Source of the DNA: Octopus bimaculoides
Lineage: Eukaryota
Length of the DNA: 64,000 nt
Assembly (NCBI RefSeq): GCF_001194135.2
Contig: NC_068984.1
Location: 86,684,635 to 86,748,634, forward strand
Direction: 5' to 3'
The notes beneath the pieces were generated by a model. That model was not told the origin of the DNA and did not search any database. It was given only the letters and a program-made list of their open reading frames with translations. A program made the position numbers and the translations under genes. Below are positions 63,340-64,000 of the stretch, piece by piece. Positions within the stretch are counted from its first letter, which is position 1. Every line of letters begins with the position of its first letter.

Positions 63340-63930
63340 TATATATTATTAATGCAGACAGACAGATATTTAGTAGTTTCATTTTCTCGGAAAAATATTG
63401 TCTGACCTAACGGCCCTCCATGTTTGTTTTCGTTTGGTTTGTTGTATGTCTCCACTGTCCTGTTTTTGTTACCATCTTTGACCCTCCGCCAATCCCAAAT
63501 TTTATTTTGGTTCGCGGAAGCAGCTGTTTTTCGAAGCCTCATATTGGTGTTAATGGCTCAAAATGTAGAGTGGATTAACAGCCAACAACTGATTAAGAGT
63601 CATTCTTTATGTCACTTGTCTTGTTTTCCATTTGTCTCTCTTGTTGTTCACATACCCAAGTTTGCCTTCGTATTTCATGTTGTTTACGTGATGTTGTATA
63701 CCTATATATGCATGTCCAATTTTTCCTGTCTTGGTTTACGTTTGCCACCTTGGAATCCTCTATTTAGTTGGTTGATCCACTACTCAGGAAGAGACTATTC
63801 TAGAGTACGTCCTGCCTTATCTTCGAAACGTTGAGTTAGAATAGAGGCAGCTGATGAATAATTCCAAGTGGCTTTCTGTTTTCCTATGTGTTCGTTCCGT
63901 TGTCTGTAGTTCATTGTTCTAACGTCCTGT
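63340..63930 (+). mobile_element. Unclassified repeat homologous to 1480-2060 (possibly Penelope-like terminal repeat)
   Basis: Shared blocks as listed for 1480-2060; contains CGAAACGTTGAGT and CTGATGA. Confidence 0.55.
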
Positions 63931-64000
63931 ACCCTGATATGCATCTATATACACATGTAGATGAAAGTATATACATATATGTGTGTATACATGCATATAT

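Noticed and set aside
63424-63834. 136-aa hydrophobic ORF
   Set aside because: It lies within an interspersed repeat that is also present, without the ORF, at 1480-2060. Pyrimidine-rich composition explains the lack of stops.

Overview
AT-rich, repeat-dense animal scaffold with several N gaps. The SINE/RTE repeat families look like those of Octopus, so the species call is an inference. Two spliced protein-coding genes were reconstructed on the minus strand from GT-AG junctions and protein motifs. The first is a UMAD1 orthologue (UMA-domain ESCRT-I subunit; coding exons 53884-53699 and 51895-51578, 167 aa). The second, about 17 kb downstream in the same orientation, is a GLCCI1/FAM117-family gene with six in-frame exons (34278-34267, 34005-33904, 21180-20959, 14843-14790, 10869-10542, 4722-4584) that runs off the left edge. 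This matches the order and orientation of human UMAD1-GLCCI1 at 7p21. The rest is transposon debris: mariner remnants, a decayed Helitron, an R4/Dong-like and many RTE LINE fragments, at least four tRNA-derived SINE families, piggyBac-, hAT- and mariner-type MITEs, and microsatellites. The most unusual observations are (i) a tRNA-headed SINE with a Penelope-type minimal hammerhead remnant and an inverted 5' copy, plus two more hammerhead-like motifs near 62.4 and 63.8 kb; (ii) a GLCCI1 start exon (MDNL) preceded in frame by an Ala-rich upstream ORF that is separated from it by a single UAG; (iii) a shared motif at both putative promoters. No CRISPR arrays, rRNA or bona fide tRNA genes were seen. 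Repeat boundaries are approximate unless TSDs/TIRs are given.
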